From Candidatus Cloacimonadales bacterium (lineage in GTDB: Bacteria > Cloacimonadota > Cloacimonadia > Cloacimonadales > JAIOQZ01): 64,000 nucleotides of DNA. The position numbers and the translations under genes are program-made. Positions within the stretch are counted from its first letter, which is position 1. Every line of letters starts with the position of its first letter. Shown here one piece after another: positions 15,115-24,864 of the stretch. The notes under the pieces were generated by a model. It was not told the origin of the DNA, made no database searches, and was given only the letters and a program-made list of their open reading frames with translations. The stretch covers positions 3,808,001-3,872,000 of the forward strand of contig OY762463.1 of NCBI GenBank assembly GCA_963665815.1, given 5' to 3'.

Positions 15115-16362
15115 ATGAAAAGGACTTCATTTATTGCTATAATGCACAAGCAATTTATATGTGTATTATTTCTATTTCTTGCAGTGAATCTTATTTCAGT
15201 GCAAAAAGTTAATATTATATCGCTTAGGAACAGCAACTCTAAGCAGTGTTACAGAAAAACTGAAGAGTATAGATTCGATGAAACGATTAGAAGAATTGCA
15301 CTTGGTCGCGAAAGTGTAAATAATAGTGGTGATTTAGTAATGGCAATACACAAAATTAAAGAGTTAAAAGAGTTACAAGAACATAATATTGGGAAAAGGT
15401 TATATTTGTTTGGGGAAAATTCCAATCTGATTAGTGTCAGGGATTTTCCTGCAGATATTAATGTCATTGCTTCTAAACGGGGCACATATATAGGAACAGT
15501 CAAAAATGAGTGGAAAGATGACTATAATAATCCTGAATCATCAGTTGGAGATATATACAAAATTGAGAATTACTCAATGAAGAAGGTTATTAGTAACTCA
15601 AATTCATTGACTAATCTAGAATTATATGACTCCGGGTTTGCTCTGACAAAAGATTCTATTTTTAACATAGATAACGGGCAAAAATTCCAAGGTTTGCGCA
15701 AGGCGATATTAGATATAGATCATTCATATGAAGCTTATGTCGATATAAAATCCATTGATAACAATTTTGTACTAGAAGTTTTGGTTGATGAGAATCAACA
15801 AGTCATTGAAAAGTTCAATGGTAATGTCGGTATAGATTATCTTAGTTTATTGGGTGAGGTAACAAGATCCATCGAGTTACCTATACAATATCTTCATACA
15901 CATAAAAAATCGAGTAGTGGAAAGTCTCATTTTTTTTCAGGACTAGATGAACGCAACAAAAAATATCATTCTTATATATTTGATAATAACGGTAATCAAA
16001 CATTTCATCAACCAATTTATTATACGAGTTTCAATTTTTCTGTTTCAGAGGACATAGCTGTTGCTAATACTTTTACCAGATCATTTGTTTTGGATTTAAA
16101 AACAGGTAAGGCTATTTATGAACTTCCTCTTGGTAATTATGCTGTATCAGATCATAACGCTGGTATTGCAGTAGAAATATGGAATGAAACGGTATATATA
16201 TATGATCTTAAGAACAGTAAATTGTTGTTTAAAGATTACTTGAATATAGAAACTAAGAAATGGGAACTATTTACTCAGTGTATACAAATCTCTGGGGACG
16301 GAAGGGAAGTATCTGTATTTTATAATAGTGTGTTCAAAAAATATAGACTGGAGGGCAAATAA
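15115..16362 (+). CDS. Secreted hypothetical protein, probable beta-propeller
   Basis: N-terminal hydrophobic stretch; propeller-like motifs VLDLKTGK, YIYDLKN, ISGDGREV. Confidence 0.65.
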   Translation: MKRTSFIAIMHKQFICVLFLFLAVNLISVQKVNIISLRNSNSKQCYRKTEEYRFDETIRRIALGRESVNNSGDLVMAIHKIKELKELQEHNIGKRLYLFGENSNLISVRDFPADINVIASKRGTYIGTVKNEWKDDYNNPESSVGDIYKIENYSMKKVISNSNSLTNLELYDSGFALTKDSIFNIDNGQKFQGLRKAILDIDHSYEAYVDIKSIDNNFVLEVLVDENQQVIEKFNGNVGIDYLSLLGEVTRSIELPIQYLHTHKKSSSGKSHFFSGLDERNKKYHSYIFDNNGNQTFHQPIYYTSFNFSVSEDIAVANTFTRSFVLDLKTGKAIYELPLGNYAVSDHNAGIAVEIWNETVYIYDLKNSKLLFKDYLNIETKKWELFTQCIQISGDGREVSVFYNSVFKKYRLEGK

Positions 16363-16419
16363 TGAAGCGCATATTTTGGTTACTCAATCTAACTTTTCTT
16401 TATGTATTGTGTGCTGCTT
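16362..16419 (+). pseudogene. 5' end of a secreted-protein gene cut by an IS3 element
   Basis: GGAGG SD, TAATG coupling to the upstream stop, MKRIFWLLNLTFLYVLCAA signal peptide ends at the IS terminal TG. Confidence 0.55.
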
Positions 16420-16750
16420 TGAGCCTACCCCATATTCTGTACCATGTCTAAGTTTAGTAAGTTTGAGTTATCCTGTTTGATTTCATTTTCATAAGTCAAG
16501 AGATATTCTTTGGGAGACATCATATTAAGAGAACTATGAGGTCTTTCGTTGTTATAACTTTCTCTCCATTCATTTATTACATTTCTTGCATGATTTAGAT
16601 TTAGAAATTCCGATTGATTAAGACATTCATTTCTGAACTTACCATTTAAACTTTCCACAAAAGCATTTTTCTGTGGCTCTCCCGGAGGGATGAAGCACAG
16701 TTTTACATTATGTTTTAGTGAAAATTCAGACATTGCTTTGGATCTGAATT
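16420..16750 (-). mobile_element. IS3-family remnant (OrfB C-terminus plus right end)
   Basis: EFRSKAM...PGEPQKNAFVESLNGKFRNECLN..YNNERPHSSL; terminal repeat ...GGTACAGAATATGGGGTAGGCTCA ends in CA; 5' part missing. Confidence 0.88.
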
Positions 16751-17542
16751 AAGTTTCTTTGTGAAGGTGAGTTTATAAGAATCAAAATCAAGGAGAATTT
16801 GAAATGGAAAAAAAGGGAAAGCAAAACAACCTATTTTTTTTAGTAGAATTCGAGCCAACACACTTTTATTCTTTTTGATTCTACTTTCTTCAAGTTTTTA
16901 TATTAAATAGTGAGTGTACACCATGTCCGGATTATCCAAGATGTGACAGTTGCGATGGAATTTTAAGGACAAGAATTGTTAGATTCTGGTGAGTTCGAAT
17001 CTGCTCTGGTATATAAGGATGGAAGAGTGTTAACAGGTATAAGTTTAGGGTGCGATCTTAGCCCTGATTTCTGGTCGGCTGATGGTTCAATGATGGTATC
17101 ACAAAGTGGAGATTTAATAGATGTCGGAGTGGGCAAAAAATTAATGAGAATAAAAGGTACGGGTAGACCATCCAATAAACATGCAGGCAGAGTCCTTGTA
17201 AGGGATAATAATCGAATCAAAGTTTATGATATTAAGACAAAAGAAATGGTTATTACATTTGGTTTGGGAGGATTATTAGGTAATCATTGGAGTATATCTG
17301 GTGATGGAACAGAAGTTATTGCCGTCTCAGTAAATGAGTACTTGAAAATCAAAAATTGGAGGCAGGAAATGAGAAAATTTTCCTACTTTGCTTTGACAAT
17401 GCTGTTCATTTTGTTCTCGAACTTAATTCATGCTGTTGTATGTACTGGTAACCCACCATGTGACCAAATTGGTGAAGGTCTTGGACATCAAAGATTTTGG
17501 GTTGGAGATAATATAGCAGGCAAAAGAATTATTATAAAAAAA
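16751..17542 (+). pseudogene. Mosaic of gene fragments (propeller C-termini and Cys-rich secreted-protein N-termini)
   Basis: Paralogy to the 15115 protein (VYDIKTK..ISGDGTEV vs IYDLKNS..ISGDGREV); signal-peptide starts at 16804 and 17369; homopolymer frameshifts. Confidence 0.6.
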
Positions 17543-17618
17543 TGGTACACCTGCAGGGATTCGAACCCGGGACCCACTGATTAAGAGTCAGTTGCTCTGC
17601 CAGCTGAGCTACAGGTGC
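17543..17618 (-). tRNA. tRNA-Lys(CTT)
   Basis: GCACCTGTAGCTCAG...ACTGA-CT-CTT-AA-TCAGT...GGTTCGAATCC...ACCA. Confidence 0.95.
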
Positions 17619-17873
17619 ACAAAGAAATAGATTTCCATTATATTTTATGGATATTTTTTGTCAAATTTTAATTCATAATTCAGGTGTTTCAGGGACAAAT
17701 AAGCACTTAGTCTTTAAAATAGTAAGGAAATGCAAATTTTAATTTGACAATATTGTGATTTCAGTCGATAAACTTTACATATTTAAATGTTATAATGTAT
17801 TCGAAATTATAATATAAACGTAGTTAATTGTTGATTCTATTAACAATTGATGCGAAATCGAAGGAGTCAAAGT

Positions 17874-20800
17874 ATGAGAAAACTAATGTTAGTTCTGTGC
17901 TTACTTCTTTCTCTGTCTTTATTTGCGGAATATATTCCGTTTGAAGGGGGGGATGCAGAAGTATTCTTCAGAGTAACCGAATCAAATTCAAATTATACTG
18001 AATTTGAATTCACACTTCCTGGTATAGAAGTTTATCAGGAAACTGTTAACCACGTAACCTATGACCGCTTCTACAATGAGTTCGTTGGGTACACTCAAGA
18101 AGCCGGTTATCCGGAACTTCCTGTATTTTCAGCAATGCTTGCTATTCCAAATACAGGTTCATGTAATCTGGAAGTATTGAGACAGTCACAAATGATTCAC
18201 AACGGATTGAACATTTATCCTTCACAAGGTTGGGACATCTATAATGAAGTTGATGATTTCATTATCAATACTAATTACTATACAACTGGTAATGAATCTG
18301 GATATAAAAAACAACCTTTTACAGTAATCAGTGATCCTGCAATTATGCGTGATTTCAGAGTCGTTAACGTATCAATCAATCCATTCAATTATGATCCTGT
18401 AACAAGAGAACTCACAGTTCAATCAAGAGTATCTTTAAGAATTAACCATACTCCTGAGGCAGGTATCAATGAACTTCATTCAAGTAGAAAAAGATCAAGA
18501 TCATTTGAACACCTTTATCAGGGAATGATTCTCAATTATGATGAATTCTGTCGTGTAGACAATCCTGATTATCATCAAAGAAGTATGATCGTTGTTTATG
18601 CTGATGATGATAATCTTGAAACTGAACTTGATGCATATATTGAGTGGAAGAAAAACAAAGGATTCTATGTAAGAAAAGTTAGAGCTAATGACGATGGTGC
18701 TGGTACAAGTTCTTCTTCAATCAAGGCATATATTCAAAACATATATGATAATGAGGAAAACCCACCTGAATATATCGTAATTATTGGTGACGGAAGTGGA
18801 AGCTATTCTATTCCTGTATTCTCATATGGGGATCATAACTACACAAAACTTGATGGAAACGATATTCTTCCTGAAGCTTTTGTTGGTAGAATCTCAATTG
18901 AGTCTTTAACTCAGTTTTCTCTTTTCCTTGCAAAAATGAATCTTTATGAAAGAGATACAAGCATTAACCAGAACACTTACGATAAGAGTCTCATGGTCGG
19001 TGATACATCACCATCAGGATTATCATGTGTGTTAACAAGTAAACATGCAATGGAACTCATCCGTAAATTTGACTGGGATCATCAATTCGATGAACTTTAC
19101 AGTGGTAACCCAAGCCCAACAGCTATGGAAAGCTCAATGAATCCTGGAACCTTATTCTGGGTATATCGTGGATACCTTGGTATGAGTGGCTGGGGTGCTT
19201 CAAATGCTGCTGCCCTTACTAATACTAACAAGCTTACAAACGCTGTAATCAATACTTGTTCATCAGGTACATTCGCTTCAGGTACTTCCAATACTGAAAC
19301 TATTTTCAGAGCGGGAACACCTGCTGCTCCTAAGGGATCAATCAGTTCAATCGGTATGGCTACATCAGGCACTCACACTCAATTGAACAACTGTCTTACA
19401 AATGGTACAATGCATGGTCTTTATGCTGACAACATGTCGAACATGGGTGAAGCAATCATGCGTGGTAAACTTACACTTTATAACACATTCTGGAATGTCA
19501 GTGGTGCTCAAAGCAATGTAAACTCTTTCACAGAATGGAATAACCTTATTGGTGATCCAACTCTTGACGTATTCAGAAAACCTCCGACAGATATGGCTGT
19601 AGCTTCTGATGCTCAGATTCCTGTCGGACAGGAATACTATTCCGTATATGTTGAAGACGAATACCTTAATCCTGTTGAAGGTGCCTGGGTTACTCTTCGT
19701 CTTGGTGATGATCTTTTCGGATCAGGCTACACAGATGAAAATGGTAACGTAACACTTCATTTTGAAGGTGGAGCTTCCGGAGATGCTTCACTTGTTGTTA
19801 CAAAACCAGATCACAATCCGGTTCTTTCAACCGTAAGCCTTTCAGGTGATGGTATTGTCAGTGTATATGATATGAGCATTGATGATTCAGACGGTAATGA
19901 TGATGGATTTATTAATCCTGGTGAAGAAGTTGAAATGACTCTTCAAATTGAAAACTTCAGAAGTACTCCTGTAATGGGACCAAATGTTACAATCAGTACA
20001 ACAACCCCTGGTGTTATTGTAACTTCAGACAACAGTGTATATAATGATCTTTATATCGGTGGTCACGTTGACTCACATACACCTTATGTATTTACTGTTG
20101 CTCCTGACTTCCAGGCTCCCGGAACAATCGAATTCGATCTTTCCGTTGAAAATGCAACAACAGATGATGTATGGACTACAAAATTCTGGGTTGATGTAAA
20201 AAATCCTGAAGTTGATGTTACAGGTTTCACTGCAGTAAACGGATCAAATATGACACCTGCTCCTGGTGAAATGGGAACACTCTCTGTTGAGTTAACCAAC
20301 ATGTGTCCTACAACAATCAGCAATGTTTACGGAAGACTTACTTCTGCTAATGCAGCATTTGGTATTATGGATGATATAGCTCAGTTTGGTGATCTTATTC
20401 CAAATCAGCCTGTATCTACTTTAGAGCCATTCGGAATTGTTTTAGGTGAAGAATTATATCCTGGACAACATGTTAAGGTAATGCTTGAACTATTCAATAA
20501 TAACGGATATAGAGACGTTAAAGAAATCGAAATAACTGCAGGAAGTAACACTTCTCTTGGTCTTGTAACAGGACCGGACGAATACGGATACATTTGTATC
20601 GAATCATCAGATACTCATCCACAAGCACCTACATATAACTGGATTGAGATTAATCCTTCAGCTGCAGGTGGATTACCAGGAACAAATGCAGGTCTTATTG
20701 ACACCGGTAACCATGATGAAAATAATGGAATAAACAATTATATTCATTCATTCCAATTACCTTTCCCTATCAGATTCTATGGTGTTGATTATGATTCCAT

Positions 20801-22481
20801 CAGTATCTCATCAAAAGGTTTTGTGACATTCGGTGGTCAAGATTCAGATCAACCTTATTTCAGAAACTACAACATTCCTGATGCAGGTGGTCCATCACCA
20901 ATGATCGCAGCAATGTGGGATGATATATATGTTGGTTCAGGTGGAGTATATTACTACTATGACAATGTAGAAAACTACTACATCGTAGAATGGTATAACT
21001 GCCCTAATAACAATGGTGGAAACGAAACAATGCAAATCATAATCTATGATCCAATGTATTACCCGACATATACCGGTGATGCAATGATCAAGATTCAGTA
21101 TTCAAGTTTCCAAAACACAGACAGCAGCTATCAAATTTCAGGAGATCAGGGTAACTATTGTACAATCGGTCTTCAGAATCATGTAGGTAATGTTGGTCTT
21201 GAAATTACTTATGGAAATTCATGGGCGACTAACTGTGGAACAGTTTCAGCAAATACAGCTCTTCTTTTCACAGTAAGTCCACAAGTTCTTGAAAATCAAA
21301 AACTTCTTTTAACAGATAAATTTATTGTTGATCATATGGGTAACCTGAATGCAATTCTTGATTCAGACGAGCAAGTTTCAATGGTATTCAATATTCAGAA
21401 TATCAGTGAGGTTCAAGCAGATTCAGCAAACATCACACTTACTTGTGATAACACTGGTGTTGCTATTGCAGCAGTTCAATCAGGAATTATGCCGCTTGAA
21501 AGTCATATGGCTCAACAAGCTGAATTCAGCGTAACAACAAATGCAAATGTTGCTGCAAACACTGTAGTAGAATTCACACTTGAAATTGCATACAACGGAA
21601 CAGTTGAAAGCTACAAGATCCCTGTTGAGATTGGTGTAGATGCAATGCCTTCCGGAGCAATTGTCGGTACAGTTACTGAAGGTACTGTTCGTGAATATGA
21701 TGGTATTTACATACAAGCCGGAAGTTTCATGGGATATCCAGAAGCGGCTGGTTCTTATATGTTCTACGTAACTCCTGGTGATTATCTTGTGAAATGTAAC
21801 CTTAATGGTGCATTTGCAGATCAAGAATATAACTTAACTATCAACACAAACGATATTTTGTATAACACTGATTTCGTACTTAGTGAGTATCCTGCACCTA
21901 CAGGTCTTGAAACTAATGGTGTTGCAGATGCTACAGTAGAAACCGGTGGATATGTTAAGTTAGACTGGTCATTCAATGAAGTAACCGAAGCAATGTTCCA
22001 ACACTTCAATATCTACAGAGAAGTGGAATCTAACTTTGTTCTTGTTGGTACAACAACAGATACTACTTACAATGATGTTGTTCCTGCAAATACTCATTAT
22101 AACTATCATGTAACTGCTCAGCACCTGTTTATGGAAAGTACTCCTACACAAGATGTTGACGGACACTGGGTATTAGTGGGCTCTGAAGATGGTGTAAACA
22201 ACTATACAACCTTCATGAGCAAAAACTATCCTAATCCTTTCAATCCATCTACAAATGTGAAGTTTGGTCTGAAAGAAACAGGAAAAGTTGAAATCAAAAT
22301 TTACAATATCAAAGGTGAACTTGTAAAAACAGTAGTTAATGAAGTTGTAAGCGCCGGTAAGCATCAATTCACATGGCATGGCGTTGATAACAGAGGAAAA
22401 GCAGTTGGTTCAGGTGTTTATTTCATCAAAATGAAATCTAAAGAATTCAACCAAGTACAAAAATCTGTTCTTCTCAAGTAA
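17874..22481 (+). CDS. Gingipain-like C25 family protein with propeptide, Ig-like domains and C-terminal FlgD-Ig/T9SS-A-like domain
   Basis: AAGGAG SD and ATG at 17874; GYPELP propeptide, WKKNKG, IIGD, VGRIS, NLIGDP C25 motifs; GPDEYGY; NYPNPFNPST...SGVYF. Confidence 0.88.
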   Translation: MRKLMLVLCLLLSLSLFAEYIPFEGGDAEVFFRVTESNSNYTEFEFTLPGIEVYQETVNHVTYDRFYNEFVGYTQEAGYPELPVFSAMLAIPNTGSCNLEVLRQSQMIHNGLNIYPSQGWDIYNEVDDFIINTNYYTTGNESGYKKQPFTVISDPAIMRDFRVVNVSINPFNYDPVTRELTVQSRVSLRINHTPEAGINELHSSRKRSRSFEHLYQGMILNYDEFCRVDNPDYHQRSMIVVYADDDNLETELDAYIEWKKNKGFYVRKVRANDDGAGTSSSSIKAYIQNIYDNEENPPEYIVIIGDGSGSYSIPVFSYGDHNYTKLDGNDILPEAFVGRISIESLTQFSLFLAKMNLYERDTSINQNTYDKSLMVGDTSPSGLSCVLTSKHAMELIRKFDWDHQFDELYSGNPSPTAMESSMNPGTLFWVYRGYLGMSGWGASNAAALTNTNKLTNAVINTCSSGTFASGTSNTETIFRAGTPAAPKGSISSIGMATSGTHTQLNNCLTNGTMHGLYADNMSNMGEAIMRGKLTLYNTFWNVSGAQSNVNSFTEWNNLIGDPTLDVFRKPPTDMAVASDAQIPVGQEYYSVYVEDEYLNPVEGAWVTLRLGDDLFGSGYTDENGNVTLHFEGGASGDASLVVTKPDHNPVLSTVSLSGDGIVSVYDMSIDDSDGNDDGFINPGEEVEMTLQIENFRSTPVMGPNVTISTTTPGVIVTSDNSVYNDLYIGGHVDSHTPYVFTVAPDFQAPGTIEFDLSVENATTDDVWTTKFWVDVKNPEVDVTGFTAVNGSNMTPAPGEMGTLSVELTNMCPTTISNVYGRLTSANAAFGIMDDIAQFGDLIPNQPVSTLEPFGIVLGEELYPGQHVKVMLELFNNNGYRDVKEIEITAGSNTSLGLVTGPDEYGYICIESSDTHPQAPTYNWIEINPSAAGGLPGTNAGLIDTGNHDENNGINNYIHSFQLPFPIRFYGVDYDSISISSKGFVTFGGQDSDQPYFRNYNIPDAGGPSPMIAAMWDDIYVGSGGVYYYYDNVENYYIVEWYNCPNNNGGNETMQIIIYDPMYYPTYTGDAMIKIQYSSFQNTDSSYQISGDQGNYCTIGLQNHVGNVGLEITYGNSWATNCGTVSANTALLFTVSPQVLENQKLLLTDKFIVDHMGNLNAILDSDEQVSMVFNIQNISEVQADSANITLTCDNTGVAIAAVQSGIMPLESHMAQQAEFSVTTNANVAANTVVEFTLEIAYNGTVESYKIPVEIGVDAMPSGAIVGTVTEGTVREYDGIYIQAGSFMGYPEAAGSYMFYVTPGDYLVKCNLNGAFADQEYNLTINTNDILYNTDFVLSEYPAPTGLETNGVADATVETGGYVKLDWSFNEVTEAMFQHFNIYREVESNFVLVGTTTDTTYNDVVPANTHYNYHVTAQHLFMESTPTQDVDGHWVLVGSEDGVNNYTTFMSKNYPNPFNPSTNVKFGLKETGKVEIKIYNIKGELVKTVVNEVVSAGKHQFTWHGVDNRGKAVGSGVYFIKMKSKEFNQVQKSVLLK

Positions 22482-22499
22482 GAACTGATATAATATATG

Positions 22500-22530
22500 A
22501 ACGGCTGTAGATTTCTACAGCCGTTTTTTT
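22500..22530 (+). terminator. Intrinsic terminator
   Basis: ACGGCTGTAG-attt-CTACAGCCGT plus T run. Confidence 0.85.
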
Positions 22531-22740
22531 ATTACTTCCAACAAGATATTTTAACCATTTTCTAAATTGACTATTTTTTCCGACAAAAGTATTGGAAGCA
22601 TAGATTTGCAAAATACTGAATACATTGTAATATCGGAAACTCACTCTTATTTCTTAACAACCTTAAATAAAAGAAAATAACTAATTTGTTTTGACAATAA
22701 TTTGTAGTAACAAAAACTGACATAATTCAAAAATACAAAG

Positions 22741-23065
22741 ATTATTGCATAATCAAATGAAACAATGCTTTGTTGATGATGCCCGGGAATATTCCTGACA
22801 TACTATGTAAAACAAAGAGTTTACACTCTTTGATGCTTGTATTGATTTATTGGATAGCGAAAATTAGTTCGCTTTATAGTATAGGGAGGATTCTTTGACA
22901 GATTCAGGATTACGTCGTTTTGACGTTTTATTTACACTGTGAAAGTGGATTAAATTTCGATGAAAGTTAAAAATTCATGGAGAAACGCGTTGAACTTCAT
23001 ATCATAAGTTATTTTTTTTTAGATGAATTTCTGACTTTCATCAATAATTGGATTTATGCATTGAT
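22741..23065 (+). ncRNA. Candidate structured 5' leader RNA of the DEAD-box helicase
   Basis: Several hairpins, a 20-bp stem (22959-22978 with 23023-23042) and end-to-end pairing; TTGACA at 22691. Confidence 0.45.
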
Positions 23066-23083
23066 CAATACATGGAAGGATAA

Positions 23084-24787
23084 ATGATTAAATTTAATGA
23101 AATGACTCTCAAAGAAGAGTTAATGAAAGCTATTTCTGATCTGAACTTTGTTATACCGACAGAGATTCAACAGAAGTCAATTCCCTGGTTACTTGAGAAT
23201 AAGCACGATCTAATTGCATTGTCTCAGACCGGATCTGGAAAAACAGCAGCGTTCGGTTTACCGGTAATAAATACTATTGATATGAATTCAAGAGATATTC
23301 AGGCAATGATATTATGCCCTACTAGAGAATTATGTCTTCAGATAACAAATGATTTCAAAAGTTTTTCAAAATATATGAATAACTTCGATATCTGTGCTGT
23401 TTACGGAGGTGCATCAATACAGAATCAGATAGATCAGCTTGGAAAGGGTGTAAATGTTGTTGTTGGTACCCCCGGAAGAGTTTTTGATTTACTGAAAAGG
23501 AAAATTCTTAAGGTTGATGCAATTGACAAACTGATACTGGATGAGGCAGATGAAATGCTGAATATGGGTTTCAAAGAAGAATTGTTCGGCATTATGAAAT
23601 TCACACCAAAAAACAAACAGACTATTTTGTTCTCAGCTACTATGCCGCAAGATGTAATCCGTATGGCAAGAGAGTTCATGCATGATCCACACAAAATATC
23701 TGCCGGACACGAAAATAAAGGTGCAGAAAATATCAAACACTATTATTATAAAGTTCATGCTCGTGATAAATATTATACTCTGAAAAGAATTGCCGATATG
23801 AATCCGAGAATATATGGTATTGTATTTTGCCGCACAAGAAAAGAGACTCAGGAGATAGCAGAAAAGCTCCAATCTGATAACTATAATGTAGACTCGCTTC
23901 ATGGAGACCTGTCTCAGAATCAAAGAGAGCGTGTGATGAACGGATTTAGAAAAGGGCATATTCAATTACTGATTGCAACTGATGTGGCTGCAAGAGGAAT
24001 TGATGTTGATGATCTGACGCATATTATTAACTATCATCCACCGGAATATCCCGATGTTTACATTCACAGATCCGGTAGAACAGGTAGAGCAGGGAAAAGC
24101 GGTACATCCATAACGATTATAAATTATCGTGAAGAAAAGAGGATGAAGCAGATAGAAGCTAAGCTTGGCAAGCCTATATTAAGGCAGGCTGTTCCTTCAG
24201 GAAAAGAAGTATGTGAAAAGCAATTATTCAATTTTGTGGACAAAGTAGAAAGTGTTGTTGTAGAAGAAACACAGATGGAAGGTTTCTTAAATGCAGTTTA
24301 TAAGAGATTAGAGTGGTTAAACCGTGAAGATCTGATTAAACGTTTTATTGCTGTTGAGTTCAATCAATATCTTGAGTACTACAAAGATGCTGCGGACTTG
24401 AACTATCCGGATGATAAGAAAAGGAAAAAAAAGAACAGTGATGATAATGTCAGCTTTACACGTTTCTTTATCAATATGGGATCATCAGATAATCTTACCA
24501 AAAAAGCTCTCATGTATCTTGTGAACAGGATAAAAGTGAAACGCAGCATAGATATTGGTAAAATTGAGATTTTGAGCAACTTTTCTTTTATTGAGATCGA
24601 TTCAAGATATGAGTCGAAAATACTTAAAAATCTCGGAAAGATGAAACACAATGGTATACAATTGCGAGCTGAAATAGCAGAAGAAAAGAAACCTGTTAGA
24701 AATTCCGATAGAAACACTGATAGAGGTGATGATAGAGGTAATGATAGAAAATATTCAGGTAAAAAAAGGAATAGAAAGAAGTATTAG
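23084..24787 (+). CDS. DEAD-box RNA helicase with DbpA-type RNA-binding domain (DeaD/CsdA-like)
   Basis: Q motif, SQTGSGKT, PTREL, DEAD, SAT, ARGID, HRSGRTGRAG; C-terminal RFFINMG...IGKIEI..NFSFIE. Confidence 0.95.
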   Translation: MIKFNEMTLKEELMKAISDLNFVIPTEIQQKSIPWLLENKHDLIALSQTGSGKTAAFGLPVINTIDMNSRDIQAMILCPTRELCLQITNDFKSFSKYMNNFDICAVYGGASIQNQIDQLGKGVNVVVGTPGRVFDLLKRKILKVDAIDKLILDEADEMLNMGFKEELFGIMKFTPKNKQTILFSATMPQDVIRMAREFMHDPHKISAGHENKGAENIKHYYYKVHARDKYYTLKRIADMNPRIYGIVFCRTRKETQEIAEKLQSDNYNVDSLHGDLSQNQRERVMNGFRKGHIQLLIATDVAARGIDVDDLTHIINYHPPEYPDVYIHRSGRTGRAGKSGTSITIINYREEKRMKQIEAKLGKPILRQAVPSGKEVCEKQLFNFVDKVESVVVEETQMEGFLNAVYKRLEWLNREDLIKRFIAVEFNQYLEYYKDAADLNYPDDKKRKKKNSDDNVSFTRFFINMGSSDNLTKKALMYLVNRIKVKRSIDIGKIEILSNFSFIEIDSRYESKILKNLGKMKHNGIQLRAEIAEEKKPVRNSDRNTDRGDDRGNDRKYSGKKRNRKKY

Positions 24788-24864
24788 TACAATACGACAG
24801 AATATTCTTGACCTTATTTGATAGTAGGAAATAAATCTGAAAAATCATCTTTGAAGGATTACTT

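Noticed and set aside
16976..17584. 202-aa ORF as a real gene
   Set aside because: Chimera of a propeller tail, an internal SD plus signal peptide, and antisense tRNA-Lys sequence
24706..24750. 12-bp tandem repeat GATAGA-N6
   Set aside because: Encodes the low-complexity DRxx tail of the helicase
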